Positions 1-12,252 are shown, counted from the whole stretch's first letter. The stretch: 59,342 nucleotides of DNA, filler included, from 7 parts of 7 records of this genome joined end to end with filler, not necessarily neighbours in it, one strand, 5' to 3'. The notes: generated from the sequence alone by a model not told the origin. Numbers and translations: made by a program.

Positions 1-100
1 TTTTTAAAACCGTAAAAAAGCCTTTATTTGAGCACAAAAATGAATCCCAGCATAAATAGCGGAGCCCGTTCCTCGCGATCTTAAAAAACATCCACTACAT

Positions 101-379
101 CTAGCCAATCAACTCATCAAAATGGGCTGCTGTTGTCGCCGGGTAGGTTGAAAATGTAATGCCGGTAAACTGACTCAGTGCAACCGAGGACTTTAAAGCA
201 TGATCCATCTCGGGAAACTCTGCAATCAAAGCGAGATCGTAATCACCCAACAAAACATAAATGGATTGTACTTTTCCCCCGTTTTTTTCAATCAGCTTTT
301 GTGCCTGTTTCGTTCGATCTTTGCTGATTTTTTCAAGAGCACCCAGTGAATATTTCCCCAGAATTAAAAAAGTAGACAT
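101..379 (-). CDS. GYD-domain protein
   Basis: Start ATG at 379 after AGGAG; motif 'YVLLGDYDLALIAEFP' and ~92 aa size fit the GYD family. Confidence 0.8.
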   Translation of the reverse strand: MSTFLILGKYSLGALEKISKDRTKQAQKLIEKNGGKVQSIYVLLGDYDLALIAEFPEMDHALKSSVALSQFTGITFSTYPATTAAHFDELIG

Positions 380-422
380 GGTAATCTCCTTTCTACAAAA
401 GTATGTATTTATTAAAAACAAA

Positions 423-452
423 AAAGGCACATACTATCAAAGCTGTGCCTTT
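423..452 (-). terminator. Putative intrinsic terminator
   Basis: AAAGGCACA...TGTGCCTTT 9-bp stem followed on the minus strand by a T-rich run; lies downstream of the minus-strand permease gene. Confidence 0.45.
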
Positions 453-697
453 CCATTTTTGAACAACATCTTGTTTTACCACATCAACAATCATATTAAC
501 AGGAACCAGGATACATCTGATTTTAGCGTTTGAAGAGACACCCAATGGTTCATTATAAAAACACTGCCAAGCAATATTTAATTTCCAATCCCAATAAAAA
601 TCAGATCCACGTACAATTCCAGCTCATAACAAGGAGTTTTAACCCCTTGAAATATTTTATCCCCGGCGTTTTAATCCCTTTCATCCGGATAAATTTC

Positions 698-1191
698 TCA
701 TTTCACTCCGGAAAAGAAGGCCTGCGCAATCAAACCGGCAATAGGAGGAAAGAAAAAGTACTGGCCAGGCGTATAAGAGTAAATTTCCAGCCCAGGATGC
801 CCACTTCCATCGGCAACCTGCTGATCGCCCATAATGACCATCCTGTAAGAAATGCCACCATTGTGCCGACACTGGCACCTGAGCGTAAAAGACCGGCAAC
901 AATAGGTAAACTAACATATGGACCGCCGGGCGATAAACCTCCGGCCACTGTTCCAACGAGAATACCGCGCAAACCCGATTCTTCCCCGACCCACTTGGAT
1001 AACAATTCACGTGGTAAAAGGATCTGAACCATACCGGCTACGATGAAAGCGAAAATCAACAACGGTAAAATTTCAATGGTCATCTTCCATGCTGATTTCA
1101 GCCCAATAATATATTGACCCTCACCTTTTTGATAGCCAATAAACACCAAGGTGAGGGCAAGGACTCCCATTATGATCGTGGGAACAAGCAT
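698..1191 (-). CDS. Predicted permease (DUF318/ArsP-like), one frameshift near the 3' end
   Basis: Hydrophobic protein with 'PGGPYVSLPI' and 'VAFLTGW'; adding one T near 755 gives the C-terminus FFFPPIAGLIAQAFFSGVK* ending at 698. Confidence 0.7.
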
Positions 1192-1255
1192 ATTTGATTT
1201 CCTTTTTTTGTACCCATTTTATACCGTTTCAATTTTTCGTTCACTTACAATATTC

Positions 1256-2128
1256 TTAAATCTCTATCCCAAATACAGCACGAAGCAAAAAACCAATAAA
1301 AAAGCTCAAAGCCGCGACGCTAAAACTCAATCCTGTCATTTCTAAAAACCGGCTTTTAAAGGATAAATCCTTTGCCACAGATATATAATAATTAAAAAAT
1401 CCAATAATCAATACAGCTGCTATTAAAGTACCTATCAAACAAATAAAATAATTTTCAAACAATAAATAAGGTAATATAAGAATCACGACTGTAATTATAT
1501 ACGCAATTCCAGTATAAATGGATGCCTTTAAAGGATTTTGCTCTGTATCTTCCGACTTTGTTGACAAATACTCAGAAGCAGCCATTGAAAATGCAGCCGC
1601 AATACCGGTAATAGAGCCGGTAAGAGCGATGATTTTCGTATTTTGTAAAGCAAGAGTCAGACCTGCCAAAGCACCGGTCAGTTCCACCAGAGCATCATTC
1701 AAACCCAGAACCATGGAACCAACATATCGAAGCCGTTCTTCATCCAAAAGCTGAATTAACGCTTCTTCGTGATCGTTTTCATCCTGAATAATCGCTTTGG
1801 CTTCCGGGATCGAGTCCACCAGTTGACTGTAATTTTCCTGGGCATCCTCCTCGCCCTGTTCCATAAGCTTGATCCCAAATGTAAATCCAAAAACACGGCT
1901 TATCAAATAATACTTCCAGATTATAAATTTATTTGGTTTCACATCCTGTTTTGTGTATTTTTTCCAGTCATTGTAATGTCGATATTCATCCGCGGCAATT
2001 TTTTCAACAATTTGCCGATTATCATTGACCTTGATGGTTTTCGCAATTTTTTTATAAATGTGATATTCAGTTATTTCATTTCTCTGATATTCGAGTAATT
2101 TTTTCAGCAAGCCCTCAGTAATAGACAT
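1256..2128 (-). CDS. Rubrerythrin/ferritin-like domain + VIT1/CCC1 transporter
   Basis: N-terminal ExxH motifs (DEYRH, DENDHE); 'VLGLNDALVELTGALAG' and 'SMAASEYLS' VIT1 signatures. Confidence 0.85.
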   Translation of the reverse strand: MSITEGLLKKLLEYQRNEITEYHIYKKIAKTIKVNDNRQIVEKIAADEYRHYNDWKKYTKQDVKPNKFIIWKYYLISRVFGFTFGIKLMEQGEEDAQENYSQLVDSIPEAKAIIQDENDHEEALIQLLDEERLRYVGSMVLGLNDALVELTGALAGLTLALQNTKIIALTGSITGIAAAFSMAASEYLSTKSEDTEQNPLKASIYTGIAYIITVVILILPYLLFENYFICLIGTLIAAVLIIGFFNYYISVAKDLSFKSRFLEMTGLSFSVAALSFFIGFLLRAVFGIEI

Positions 2129-2185
2129 GAATTCCTTTCCTGTTTCTCCTTTTACTATTTTTCTGTTTGAAAAGTCGATTACATG

Positions 2186-2833
2186 CTACGATTTGAAAAT
2201 GTTCGTTATTATTGATCTGAAATACCGGAACGGAACAAGCATGGATACCCGCTTTTGATACCTGTGATATTCATTTCCAAATTCATGCAAAAGTTTATGT
2301 TCTTCCAGAATCGTACCGACGATTAAATAGATAGTCCATATGATATTTGTTACCAGAACTGACAGATCGATATCCCGCGCCCATATAATGAAAATCGCTC
2401 CAAGGTACCAGGGATGCCTGGTAACATTTAAAATACCGGTGGTGTTGAGTTCGCTACTTCCGGTTAAACTTTTTGAACTCGCTCCCGTACGGATCTGCCG
2501 GATACCTAAAAACTGTAGAAAATCATAATTCCGGCCGCCGACCAGAAACAGAAAACCCGCGGCAAGAAAGAGCATAATTTGAAATATAACCCATATCCCG
2601 TTCCAATAAAATATCTTTTGATTCGGCATCGAGCAGCTGTAAACCAGCACAGGCAAAATTGTTACAATAGCCAGCACATTGTAAAAAAGGCGATAAAATC
2701 TGTACTTGTTGCCAAAACGCTTTTTCACATAGTTGGTGACTGTCAGGGAAATCAGACCACTATGGATAATACACCAGAGAATCCACAAGCCAGCGAGTAT
2801 AAAATAAGATATTTGATTTATCATATCAAGCAC
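2186..2833 (-). CDS. Membrane methyltransferase, ICMT/PEMT (NnrU/MddA-like) family
   Basis: Multi-TM protein with 'IIHS', 'TRHPWYLG' and 'EEHKLLHEFGNEYHRYQKRV'. Confidence 0.7.
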   Translation of the reverse strand: MLDMINQISYFILAGLWILWCIIHSGLISLTVTNYVKKRFGNKYRFYRLFYNVLAIVTILPVLVYSCSMPNQKIFYWNGIWVIFQIMLFLAAGFLFLVGGRNYDFLQFLGIRQIRTGASSKSLTGSSELNTTGILNVTRHPWYLGAIFIIWARDIDLSVLVTNIIWTIYLIVGTILEEHKLLHEFGNEYHRYQKRVSMLVPFRYFRSIITNIFKS

Positions 2834-2912
2834 CTTCTATTCTCAAGATTCCTTAAAAAACAGTCACGCAACCAGTGATTTGATGTCTCACAAAATGAAG
2901 AGCTCTCCTTTT

Positions 2913-5900
2913 TTATCGATACAAAACAAAAGGCGGAATAACCTGTTTTTTGACACCAGGCCCCTCATATAAAGCCTGTAAATAAAGTCCAGCCCCTTTT
3001 TGAAAATAAAACACTTTGATTTTGTGTTTACCTGCTGACAGTCTTGTATCCCCACTCTTTTCACCGGGCCCATGTAAACCATCATTATTTATCAAGAGGG
3101 TATCATCAATAAACAACTGACTGCCATCATTCGAGGTTATAAAAAAACGATATTCTCCAGCCTCTTTAATATCAATTATCCCGCGAAAGACAAGACCAAA
3201 ACAATCCTCACGTGCTACTATATCATCCAGACCAATTTTGTACACCTGTCCGCTATTGAGCGGCGTCAATGAATCAAAATCAGGTAGTTTATCCCAATCC
3301 CCTTCATAATAGGCATAATTCAATCCATTTGTTTTCGGGTCAATAAAAGTAATCACAGATGTCTTGGCAAAACTTGGTTTACGTCCGGGTTTAAAAGCTT
3401 TCGCTTTGATTACAGTTGTTTTGTGAACAGAAAAGGCTTTTTTGTAAAGGGATGAGTTTTCATCTGGCTCCTGACCATCAAGGGTGTAACGAATTTCAGT
3501 TCCTTCTGTTTCCGAACTTATACGAACCAGTGCGGAATCCGGCAGAAGAACCAGAGAGTCCAGGGGCGTAATAACCGGTGTTGCAATGACAGGAACAGGA
3601 ATCAGCTTTTCAATATCTCGTGAAATAAAAGAATAATCACCGGATCCAACACGATAAACAGCAAATTGATTTTCCATTCCGACAAATGTAACGCCCGGAG
3701 ACTTTTGTGCTGCAACTCCGCTTTCAAAGACATGTTCTGCACTGTTCGCTACCACATAAACCATGGCCGTAGAGTTGACCGGAACTGTTACATCCAGCTT
3801 GAATTGCGTCTCATTCAACTCCCAAGAACTGCTTATCTCACCATACATGGAACGAATGGAAGCCCTGGTAAATTTCAGACCATTGACAGGATATGGTTTT
3901 ATTATAACATTTCTAAAACCCGGATTATTGACGTCTGCCTTGATACCGCCTAATGCTTGATAGAACCACTGACAAACACTTCCAAACATGGGATGACTAT
4001 GGGATTGGTCATCTCCCCACGCTTCCCACAGCGTTGTAGCACCCCTTTCTATTGCGAAACCAAAACTGGGAAAATCGCTTTGATTTAAAAGTGTATATGC
4101 GAGATCCACACGACCATTATTTGTAAGTACATCCAGCAATAAAGGGGTTGCAAGTATACCTGTATCAAAATGGCCCCTGTTTTTATTTTCAACATTATCA
4201 ATCAAATGATCAAAAACAGGTCGATACATATCCGCTGGCACAATATCAAAACCAAGAGGCAATATATTCGCTCCCTGCCTGCCAACGGAATAATTTTGTT
4301 TTATTTTGTTAAAAAACACCTTGTGAATGTCTCTTTTGCTGCGCTCTGCCAACGTGTTAAAATAATCACTGTCATTTCTTTTTCCCAATATATCAGCAAC
4401 ATGCGACATAAGTTTTGAAATATGACTATAATAGCACGTATTAACCAAAGCAGGTGGTAATTCTAATTTTTCAGGCGCTATCCAGTCTCCAAGCCCCTGA
4501 TCCTCAAGGATACCCTGTTCATTTGCCTGATTTTCAAGATATTCCACCCATCTTTTCATTCCCGCATAATGTGTCTGTAAAATTCCTTCATCTCCATAAT
4601 AAAGATACATGTACCATGGAATAATCACATAGGCAGAACCCCACGCTGTTCCACCACCACCATCCTGAAAGGGAACTGTGTTTGGCACATAACCTGTCTC
4701 ACTGTTTTGTGCGTCTTTTATATCATTTAACCATTTCGTATAAAATTGGGACATATCAAAATTATAAATAGCCACCTGCGCTGTGATCTGCCCGTCACCT
4801 GTATAACCCCGACGCTCACGATGGGGACAATCACTGGGAATGCCACCGTGCATATTACCCAGTTGCGTTCGATGATAATTTTCCAGGATCCGGTTAAAAA
4901 GTGTATTGGAACACTCGAAGGTGCCCGCAGATGGAACATCCGTATTGACGACCCGGCCTTCCAGATTATCAACCGTCAATTCAACAGGGGAGCCAATCAC
5001 ATCCACATATCGAAAAGCATGCCACGTGAATCGCGGCTCCCACACTTCCAATCCCTCTCCACTCAAAATATAGGTATCATTTTGCCCATAGCTCGGCCCC
5101 ATTTCCTCAATGAATCGAAGGTTTATCTTTGTGCCTGCCGGACCCTGGATGTTAAATCGCGCCCATCCGGAAATCATCTCTCCGAGATCAAATCGATACA
5201 CACCTTCTTCTGGTTTTGTCACAGAAACAGGCCTTATGGTTCTGACAACCCGATCCGGAGGGGACATCTGTGCAACCATTTTCCCTTCAGGAGCCGTGAC
5301 AACAGTCGAAAGCTGCCAATCAGAATCATCATATCCGCTTTTATTCCACCCCTTCTCCTCCAACCGCGCATCATAGATTTCACCGGTATGTAATCCGTTA
5401 TGAAGGATGGGGCTCGATTGGGTCTTCCATGTCTCATCACTGCAGATAAGCTTTCTGCTTCCATCGACAAAGTCAACCTCGATTTGCGCGATCATGCGAG
5501 GTGTATTATACCACAAAGCTGTATCTTCCGGTCTGTCACTCTGCAAATACCAGCCATTTCCAAGCACAACTCCGGCAACATTTTCACCCGTATGTATATA
5601 ATCCGTCACATCAAAGGTCTCGTATAAAACACGGGTAGACATATTCGCCACCAAAGCTTGAGGCATTATTTCTTTCTGCCTTTTGTCATAATTTGTCTGG
5701 TTGGGAGATAAAACATGGTCACCTACTTTTTGACCATTCACATAAAACTCGTAATAGCCCAAACCACTTATGTATACCCGTGCAGACTTGACAGGTTTTG
5801 CTATATCTATTTTTTTCGAAAATATGGCGCCGGCATATCCCAATTCATTTTGGATTTTTCTTGTTTAGCCCCAATCCATTTTGCCTGCCAATCCGTTGCC

Positions 5901-6364
5901 TGCAACAAACCCATCTCCCATGTTGCTATCTCACTCCATCCGGATACAAGTCCTTCTTTATCCCATACCCGAACACGCCAAAACAAAAGTTGACGGGATT
6001 GTAATGGTTTTCCGGAATAGACAATATGTACAGACTGATCAGAATCCACTTTACCGCTATCCCACATATCCCCATTGCCAGCTCCACTCTTTTCTTTGGA
6101 ACTGGAAACAAGAATCTGATAGGCATGTTGTTTTTGATCACGTTTTTCCGATTTTAAAATCCAACTGAGACGTGGTTTTATCACATCAATACCAACAGGA
6201 TCTATCATATATTCACATCGAAGCTCCTGCAAGGACAGACTGCAATCTGTCTCATAATCTGATTTCTGAACTGTGCTTTGCGGGCTAAAACAACCACTTG
6301 AAATAAGTCCAATAATAAAAAACATAAAAATGAATTGAATCCTGTTCGTAACCTTCTTGACCAT
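2913..6364 (-). CDS. Alpha-L-rhamnosidase (GH78) lipoprotein with C-terminal FN3/chitobiase-like and PA14 domains; one frameshift
   Basis: ORFs 5807-6364 and 2913-5843 join at the T7 run 5810-5816 (PAPYFRKK|IDI); lipobox LISSGC; 'SDCPHRERRGYTGD', 'GATTLWE', 'SHSHPMFG'; PA14-like 'SNDGSQL..NDGLH'. Confidence 0.88.
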
Positions 6365-6433
6365 TTTTTACAATTTCCTTTTTTAAAAGTGAATAACATA
6401 ACTTGGTATTATTTAAAACGGATGATATGGTTT

Positions 6434-7343
6434 TCAATATGTATCTTTTAATTGAGTTGTTAAATCGAGGACGAGCTCTATGAGTTTATCTGCACACTTT
6501 TCATGCACCGTATCAAATGGTAAAATCGGCTCACGCACGTTTTTTGTGGAATATATACCCTGTTTAAATAACAGGCGTTTGAAAAAATGAATGGATATGT
6601 CAAGATGCTGGTTGGAAAAAGACAATACTGGCAAAAGTTTATAAAAAAGCTCTTTTGCCTCATTATTATGCCCGGCCTTGTAGAAGGAATAAATAGCAGT
6701 ATATATTTCGTGCATTGCTGTCGGCATAAATGCATGCACACCTCGCTCCAGCCCCTCTATCATTTGAGATACTGCCCAGCCACCGGAAACATGCAAACGG
6801 GAATCAGTCGCTTTTAATACCTCTGTGTATTTTGGACCAGCGGGAACAACTTCTACCTTTAAACAACGGAAACTATCTATTTCCTCAAAAAGCTGACAGA
6901 TCAGTGGGACTGGCAACCCATACCCATTGGCATCCCAGTCCTGCAGCATAATCATATTCACATCCTGTTCTGCTACAATCGATACATCTGCTCGATATTG
7001 TGCCTTGTTCTTAAAAGGGATCTGCAGGAGAATGTCACGACAACCCAGCTCCAGTAAATCTTTGACCACAGCCAACCGTCGCTGTCGGTCTGTTTCACCG
7101 GCACCGCCGATAACAGGCACACGATTATTTGCCTGAGCCAAAACAGTTTCTACCATTTTTCGCCGCTCCAGCATGGATAATTTATAAACTTCAGACGCCA
7201 TTGCCGGCACAAGGAATCCAGCCACCCCGGCATTTATTGCTACTTCCACATTTCGTTTCAATCCGGAAATATCCAGTTCATTTTTTTGTGAACGGCGTAT
7301 TTAATACCGTTACAATTCCAAACAATGGATAAAGCTCTTTCAC
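6434..7343 (-). CDS. Dihydrodipicolinate synthase (DapA/NanA)-family aldolase/lyase; one frameshift
   Basis: GTG at 7343 gives MKELYPLFGIVTVLNTPF, which joins ORF 6434-7261 across the run 7281-7287; Schiff-base Lys in 'CLKVE'. Confidence 0.8.
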
Positions 7344-7469
7344 AGTCGTTCCTTTTTATAGTGTTTTCAAACAATACGTTTACAACAGTCCGACAGATAT
7401 TTCCTGTAAAAAACAGGGCACTATTGGGGCATTTTTTCACATGCATTTATTACCCTGATAACGCTTGTT

Positions 7470-9813
7470 CTAAAAAAGTACCTCAACAATTCCATAAGTC
7501 TTTAATTCCGGTAACAACACGGTAACCTGTCCGTTTTTCACTTCCGGCAGTTCAAGTGTTTTTTGTTCCAATCCCGGCTGCCAAAACAGGACCTTTTTTA
7601 TCTCCTCTTCTGCCTCATACGGTAAATTCAATGTTAAATCTTTTACAGGTTGGAGAATTCTTTTTCCTTCAGCTGCCGCCAATGGGACATTTTTATTCAC
7701 CAGGTGCACTGTGAAGATTTTTTTCTTGTTCTCATTTTTAATCCAAACAGTGTTACGTACACCGCTTGCCTTATTCGGATCCAATAAATGCGGTGAACGA
7801 TTCAACGCTTTTTCTATCACGTCCGTGATTGGTCCATCAGTCTGATATCGTTTAATTCCTATTTTTTTGTCCAGCTCGTTTAGCAGTGAATATTTTGTAC
7901 CTTCAAAATTGAGTGAAAAAAGTTTGCCTCTTGAAGCCTGCAAAGCTGTGCCCAGATAAGTACCGCGATAAGGCAGGGCAGATTCAAGTGATTTAAACCG
8001 AACCAGACTTTCCGGCATATCCTGACGTGCTGTAAATAGAGAATTTCCCTCCCGCGGCTGACAATATTGATCATAAACACCATTCCTTCCGATCAAAATC
8101 ACGGTACCACCTGAATGAATATAATTCTGTATGGTGTTCACCTGTTTGTCTGACATGAATTCGATATTCGCCAACAGCACCACTTTGTAATCAGCCAGTC
8201 TTTCGCTTGTGACATCCGTTTCAATAATATGATCAAAGGGGATTTGCTGATCACAAAAATATCTGTTCAAAGCATCTACTTCCCGTAAATGCTCAATATT
8301 CACACAATGAGTCTGATCAAAAAAATGAGCCAGGGCGACATCTGAAGCGGAAGTATAGCCCTCAAATAAATGGGCATGATGTTCGAAAAACGTGCGATAT
8401 TTATCCCTTGTTTCCGGATTTCTAAAAGTTGTCACAAAAACACTACTCCCGGATGCGGCCACTTCAGCGTGATGGACCTCTTCGACAGCAGGATCGTTTA
8501 GGGTATAGGGCAGCAACATGGCCCGAACATCACAGGCAAAAGCATACCTCAATTCCATATCATAGTCCAATACCACACCCGGAGCAATTATCCCTGTAGC
8601 AGAATCTTCTTCATACATGTGCCAGCTGGCACCTTTGCGCCAGCGCCGCATATCCTTGCCATCCTCTGCCCGTCCGGATGCGCCAAGTACCCGTTGACGC
8701 ACGCCCCAATTGGGTATGAGGAAAAAATCCTTTTTCACTTCACCACCCGCCGCAGTCATCTCAGCCAGCTGATCACCAATACTGGAGGCCCAAAACATCA
8801 CCGTTTCTGCCCAGCGTAAACGCCCCACTGCAGTTTGCAGAGCCGGATTGGCCAGGCGAATATTCTCATAACTGGCTTTAATATTTTCCGGCAAAACATG
8901 CTCTTTTATAAAAGCTTCACTTTCACCAAACAGCATGCCTCCGCCTGCCGCATCGACATTTATATCAGCAAGTGGACCTGTGGTATCAAAAAAGATTCGC
9001 CGTTGTTCCGGAGTATATTTTTCCTCCAGCCAGGGAATAAACTCGGAAAAGCTGCGCGCCCAATAGCGGTAATCACCCTCTTTATACAAAGTAATTTTAC
9101 TATAATCCCTGGTTCCAAAGGCTTTTTCAAATTCATCCGGAGAATATTTCTCTTTTAAATATTTTTGAAAGCGAGCCTCACAAGACTCACAATAGCAATG
9201 AATAATATTATTATCGATGAACAAGCCATTAAAGCCAATTTCAGCAGCACGCCGGGCTTCGTTATTCATAAATTGTCGCCATTCCGGGTTATTAGGACAT
9301 GGCGCGTAACGAATCTGCAGATTATCCTCATGCCGTTCCAGAAAACATTTGCGTTTATAATTATAGTGTAAATTGCCGGAAGGTTCGCGTTGCATCCAGT
9401 TGATTGGATCTGATGGTTTTGAACCCGGATTGAGAAAAAAATAATCTTCCCAGTTATCAATCACTTCCCAGGCTCCAAACCTCTTGTCATAATTTCCGGA
9501 AATCGTCTGGTTACAAAGATAGGGTGTAACCCATCGAACATCTTTTGAATGTAGGAATTCAAGATAATCCTGAATCTGTTTTTTATACAATCCATATGGT
9601 GTATGACGATTATCCATAACCGTGCTGCCAAAACCGAAACGGCCTAAATAGCGCATGCCCGGACCAGGGTGATAAAGTGTCGGCACTCCGCTGCTAAAGT
9701 TATCCCGAAACTCTGGTTTTATTGCCTGATTTTGCTGATAATCAATAACATATGTAAAAGGAACATAAGAGGTAGGAACCTTTGCAATGCCTGAACTCAT
9801 AAAACCAAAAAAA
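7470..9813 (-). CDS. Putative glycoside hydrolase-like protein (TIM barrel + GH42-type trimerisation domain), probably 5'-truncated
   Basis: 'GFNGLFIDN', 'HCYCESC' and GATase-like 'DYKVVLLANIEFMSD'; the frame is open up to the contig edge. Confidence 0.5.
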
Positions 9814-9913
9814 NNNNNNNNNNNNNNNNNNNNNNNNNNNNNNNNNNNNNNNNNNNNTTAATTAATTAANNNNNNNNNNNNNNNNNNNNNNNNNNNNNNN
9901 NNNNNNNNNNNNN
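9814..9913. other. Artificial contig spacer
   Basis: N44-TTAATTAATTAA-N44, with stops in all six frames. Confidence 0.99.
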
Positions 9914-9951
9914 CCCCAGACAAGTGCGCTACCAGACTGCGCCACGCCCCG
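9914..9951 (-). tRNA. tRNA-Pro(GGG), 5' half (truncated by contig end)
   Basis: Reverse complement CGGGGCGTGGCGCAGTCTGGTAGCGCACTTGTCTGGGG shows the acceptor 5' strand, D arm and anticodon GGG. Confidence 0.9.
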
Positions 9952-9973
9952 TTCAGTGAAGTGAAGTGAGAGC

Positions 9974-10002
9974 TATATAGCAAACTCATTTTGCTCTGTC
10001 AA
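9974..10002 (-). promoter_or_regulatory. Sigma70-type promoter of tRNA-Pro
   Basis: TTGACA-17 nt-TATATA about 23 nt upstream of the tRNA. Confidence 0.7.
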
Positions 10003-10054
10003 GCAAGTTTTGTCAGGGCAAAATATTTTTTTAAAAGTGCTTGCACCTTTTAGC

Positions 10055-10951
10055 TCAATGTTCAACATCCACAGGGCAGACGCCTTTATCCAGCTCACCA
10101 TGTTCATTGACAATATGATCAATAAGATCGAGTTTGATCAAGTCATGGGAATGGGTCGTTACCGGAAACTGCACATTGGCACTTGCACTACTGGACTCTT
10201 CTTCATAAATATATTGATCCGTTGCTTTACCATGGGAATAGTGGAGTGTATTGGCAAACAGGTGAACTTTGATTTTGTTCACATGACACATGCTCACCGT
10301 ACCGGCTGTCCCGCTGGGGGCAACGATTTGCTGATCCGACGTAACCGTCAATGCACCCAAAAACATCTTGTTGGCTGTTTCAATGTAGTGGCTGATATCA
10401 TATGCCGGAGTAACCTCATATTCGATATCATTTTCTCTCAACGCCTGAATCAATTGACGCGTTCGCTCTTTATTATGATCAAGGATAATGACTCGGAACA
10501 TCAAGTTAAGATCCTGTTTGGCTCGGATCAAAATGTTGGTGACAACAGAACTGGGCGAATGAACCATGATAATATCACCATTCTCAACGTACTTCAGTCC
10601 ATTTTGAGTCACTCTGGACGCTTTTCCTCTAAAGAGCTCAATTTTTTCTTGAAGGCTTTTTTGGGCTTTCTCCCGAATCTCTTCCAAAGATGCATCGGTT
10701 TTCATCATGTCCCGCATCTCATTCTCAAATCGTTCAATGAGATGAATTAATGGGATAATTTTGGGTTGAGAGGTTTTAATGGCATCAGCCAATTCCAGAT
10801 AAAGCGGCTTGAGCTCATCTTGTGTGCACTCCAATTCATTGGTGGACTCAATAAAGCTTTCCAGCGCCAAAATGGTGGTTCTGGCTATCCCCTGGACATC
10901 ACCGATATCCCTGAGCAGTTTGTACATATTATTTCTGTTTTTATCATTCAT
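10055..10951 (-). CDS. eIF-2B alpha/beta/delta / R15P-isomerase-like protein with degenerate active site
   Basis: Helical N-domain then 'ENGDIIMVHSPSSVV', 'MFLGAL', 'APSGT', 'HDLIKLDLIDHIVNEHG'; ATG at 10951 overlaps the upstream TGA (ATGA). Confidence 0.75.
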   Translation of the reverse strand: MNDKNRNNMYKLLRDIGDVQGIARTTILALESFIESTNELECTQDELKPLYLELADAIKTSQPKIIPLIHLIERFENEMRDMMKTDASLEEIREKAQKSLQEKIELFRGKASRVTQNGLKYVENGDIIMVHSPSSVVTNILIRAKQDLNLMFRVIILDHNKERTRQLIQALRENDIEYEVTPAYDISHYIETANKMFLGALTVTSDQQIVAPSGTAGTVSMCHVNKIKVHLFANTLHYSHGKATDQYIYEEESSSASANVQFPVTTHSHDLIKLDLIDHIVNEHGELDKGVCPVDVEH

Positions 10952-12252
10952 AATGACACCCATAAGTAAAGGCAAAGAAAAATTGATGCGATGACCAATG
11001 TAATCAATGTAATCAACGCACTGGATTTCATGAATTCAAGGAAACTGATATGAACACCGGACTGCTTGGCCATTCCCACGGAAACGATGTTGGCGGATGC
11101 ACCGATCATGGTGAGGTTTCCGCCGAAGCAAGCACCCAATGCCAACGCCCACCAAAGAATGTTGTTCGGTACAGGTGTCGCTTCAAGCATCAATCTGACA
11201 ATGGGAATCATGGTAATGGTAAACGGAATGTTATCCAAAAATCCCGATGCAATTCCGGAAACCCAAAGAACGGTAAGAACCATGACATAGGGGTTTCCGC
11301 CGATTTTCAGGAAAATATGGTGAGCAATCCATTCAATAACCCCCTTGTGCTCCAGCACACCGACTAAGATAAACAGACCCGCAAAAAAGAGCAGGGTACT
11401 CCATTCGACCTCTTCCAGCATATGCTCTACATCGACATTGGAAATGGAAAAGAGGAACATGGCCATGAACAGAGCCACAACACCCGGAGAGAGTTTTGTA
11501 ATGGTTTGTGTTACAAAAAGTATGATGGTGATTGCCAGGCAGGTCAATGATTTTTTTAAAAGCTTTTGATCGATCTGCGTGGTTAAAAACTCAGTCCTGA
11601 TTTTCTCAAGTAGAAGTTGAACCGTAAACAATTTCGCAAGGTTGTTTTTGATGGGTTGGAACTTGTCCCTGTTGACAAACCAAATATAGAGTAGGGTTGC
11701 CACAAATGAGAATGTAACCGGAATAATCAGATTTCCCATGAATTGGTTAAATGACAGACCAACCTTTGAACCGATGATGATGTTCGGGGGGTCTCCGATC
11801 AGGGTTGCCGTTCCACCGACATTGGATATTACCGCCTGACTGATGACGTAAATCTTTGGATCCAATCCCATTCCGCGCGTCAGCTCTATGATGATGGGAA
11901 TAATGATCAAAACAGTGGTGACATTATCCAGGAATGCTGAGAGAACTGCCGTAACAACTGAGAAAAGAATTAATATCTTTAAGGGGTTCCCCTTGGTCTT
12001 TTCTGCAATTTTAACGGATAGTATTGAAAAAAAACCGGATTTTCTCAATACAGCAACAATTGACATCATTCCAAGTAACAGCATAATGGTTTCATAATCA
12101 ATCAACTCTGCTGCGGTATGTTCATCAATGACATGAACCATCAACAGTACCATCACGCCCAACAACGCTGAGACTGCTTTGTTTACCAGTTCAAATGTAA
12201 TTGCGGCGTAGACCACCACAAAAACAATAATTGGCAATAGCGCACCTTCCAT
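10948..12252 (-). CDS. ArsB/NhaD (SLC13 / P-protein-like) permease
   Basis: 'SAFLDNVTT', 'GGTATLIGDPPN', 'FLDNIPF', 'GGNLTMIGASAN'; many TM helices. Confidence 0.88.
   Translation of the reverse strand: MEGALLPIIVFVVVYAAITFELVNKAVSALLGVMVLLMVHVIDEHTAAELIDYETIMLLLGMMSIVAVLRKSGFFSILSVKIAEKTKGNPLKILILFSVVTAVLSAFLDNVTTVLIIIPIIIELTRGMGLDPKIYVISQAVISNVGGTATLIGDPPNIIIGSKVGLSFNQFMGNLIIPVTFSFVATLLYIWFVNRDKFQPIKNNLAKLFTVQLLLEKIRTEFLTTQIDQKLLKKSLTCLAITIILFVTQTITKLSPGVVALFMAMFLFSISNVDVEHMLEEVEWSTLLFFAGLFILVGVLEHKGVIEWIAHHIFLKIGGNPYVMVLTVLWVSGIASGFLDNIPFTITMIPIVRLMLEATPVPNNILWWALALGACFGGNLTMIGASANIVSVGMAKQSGVHISFLEFMKSSALITLITLVIASIFLCLYLWVSL

Noticed and set aside
10055-10951. Assigning mtnA or ribose-1,5-bisphosphate isomerase
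   Set aside because: The catalytic Cys/Asp and phosphate-binding motifs appear to be absent
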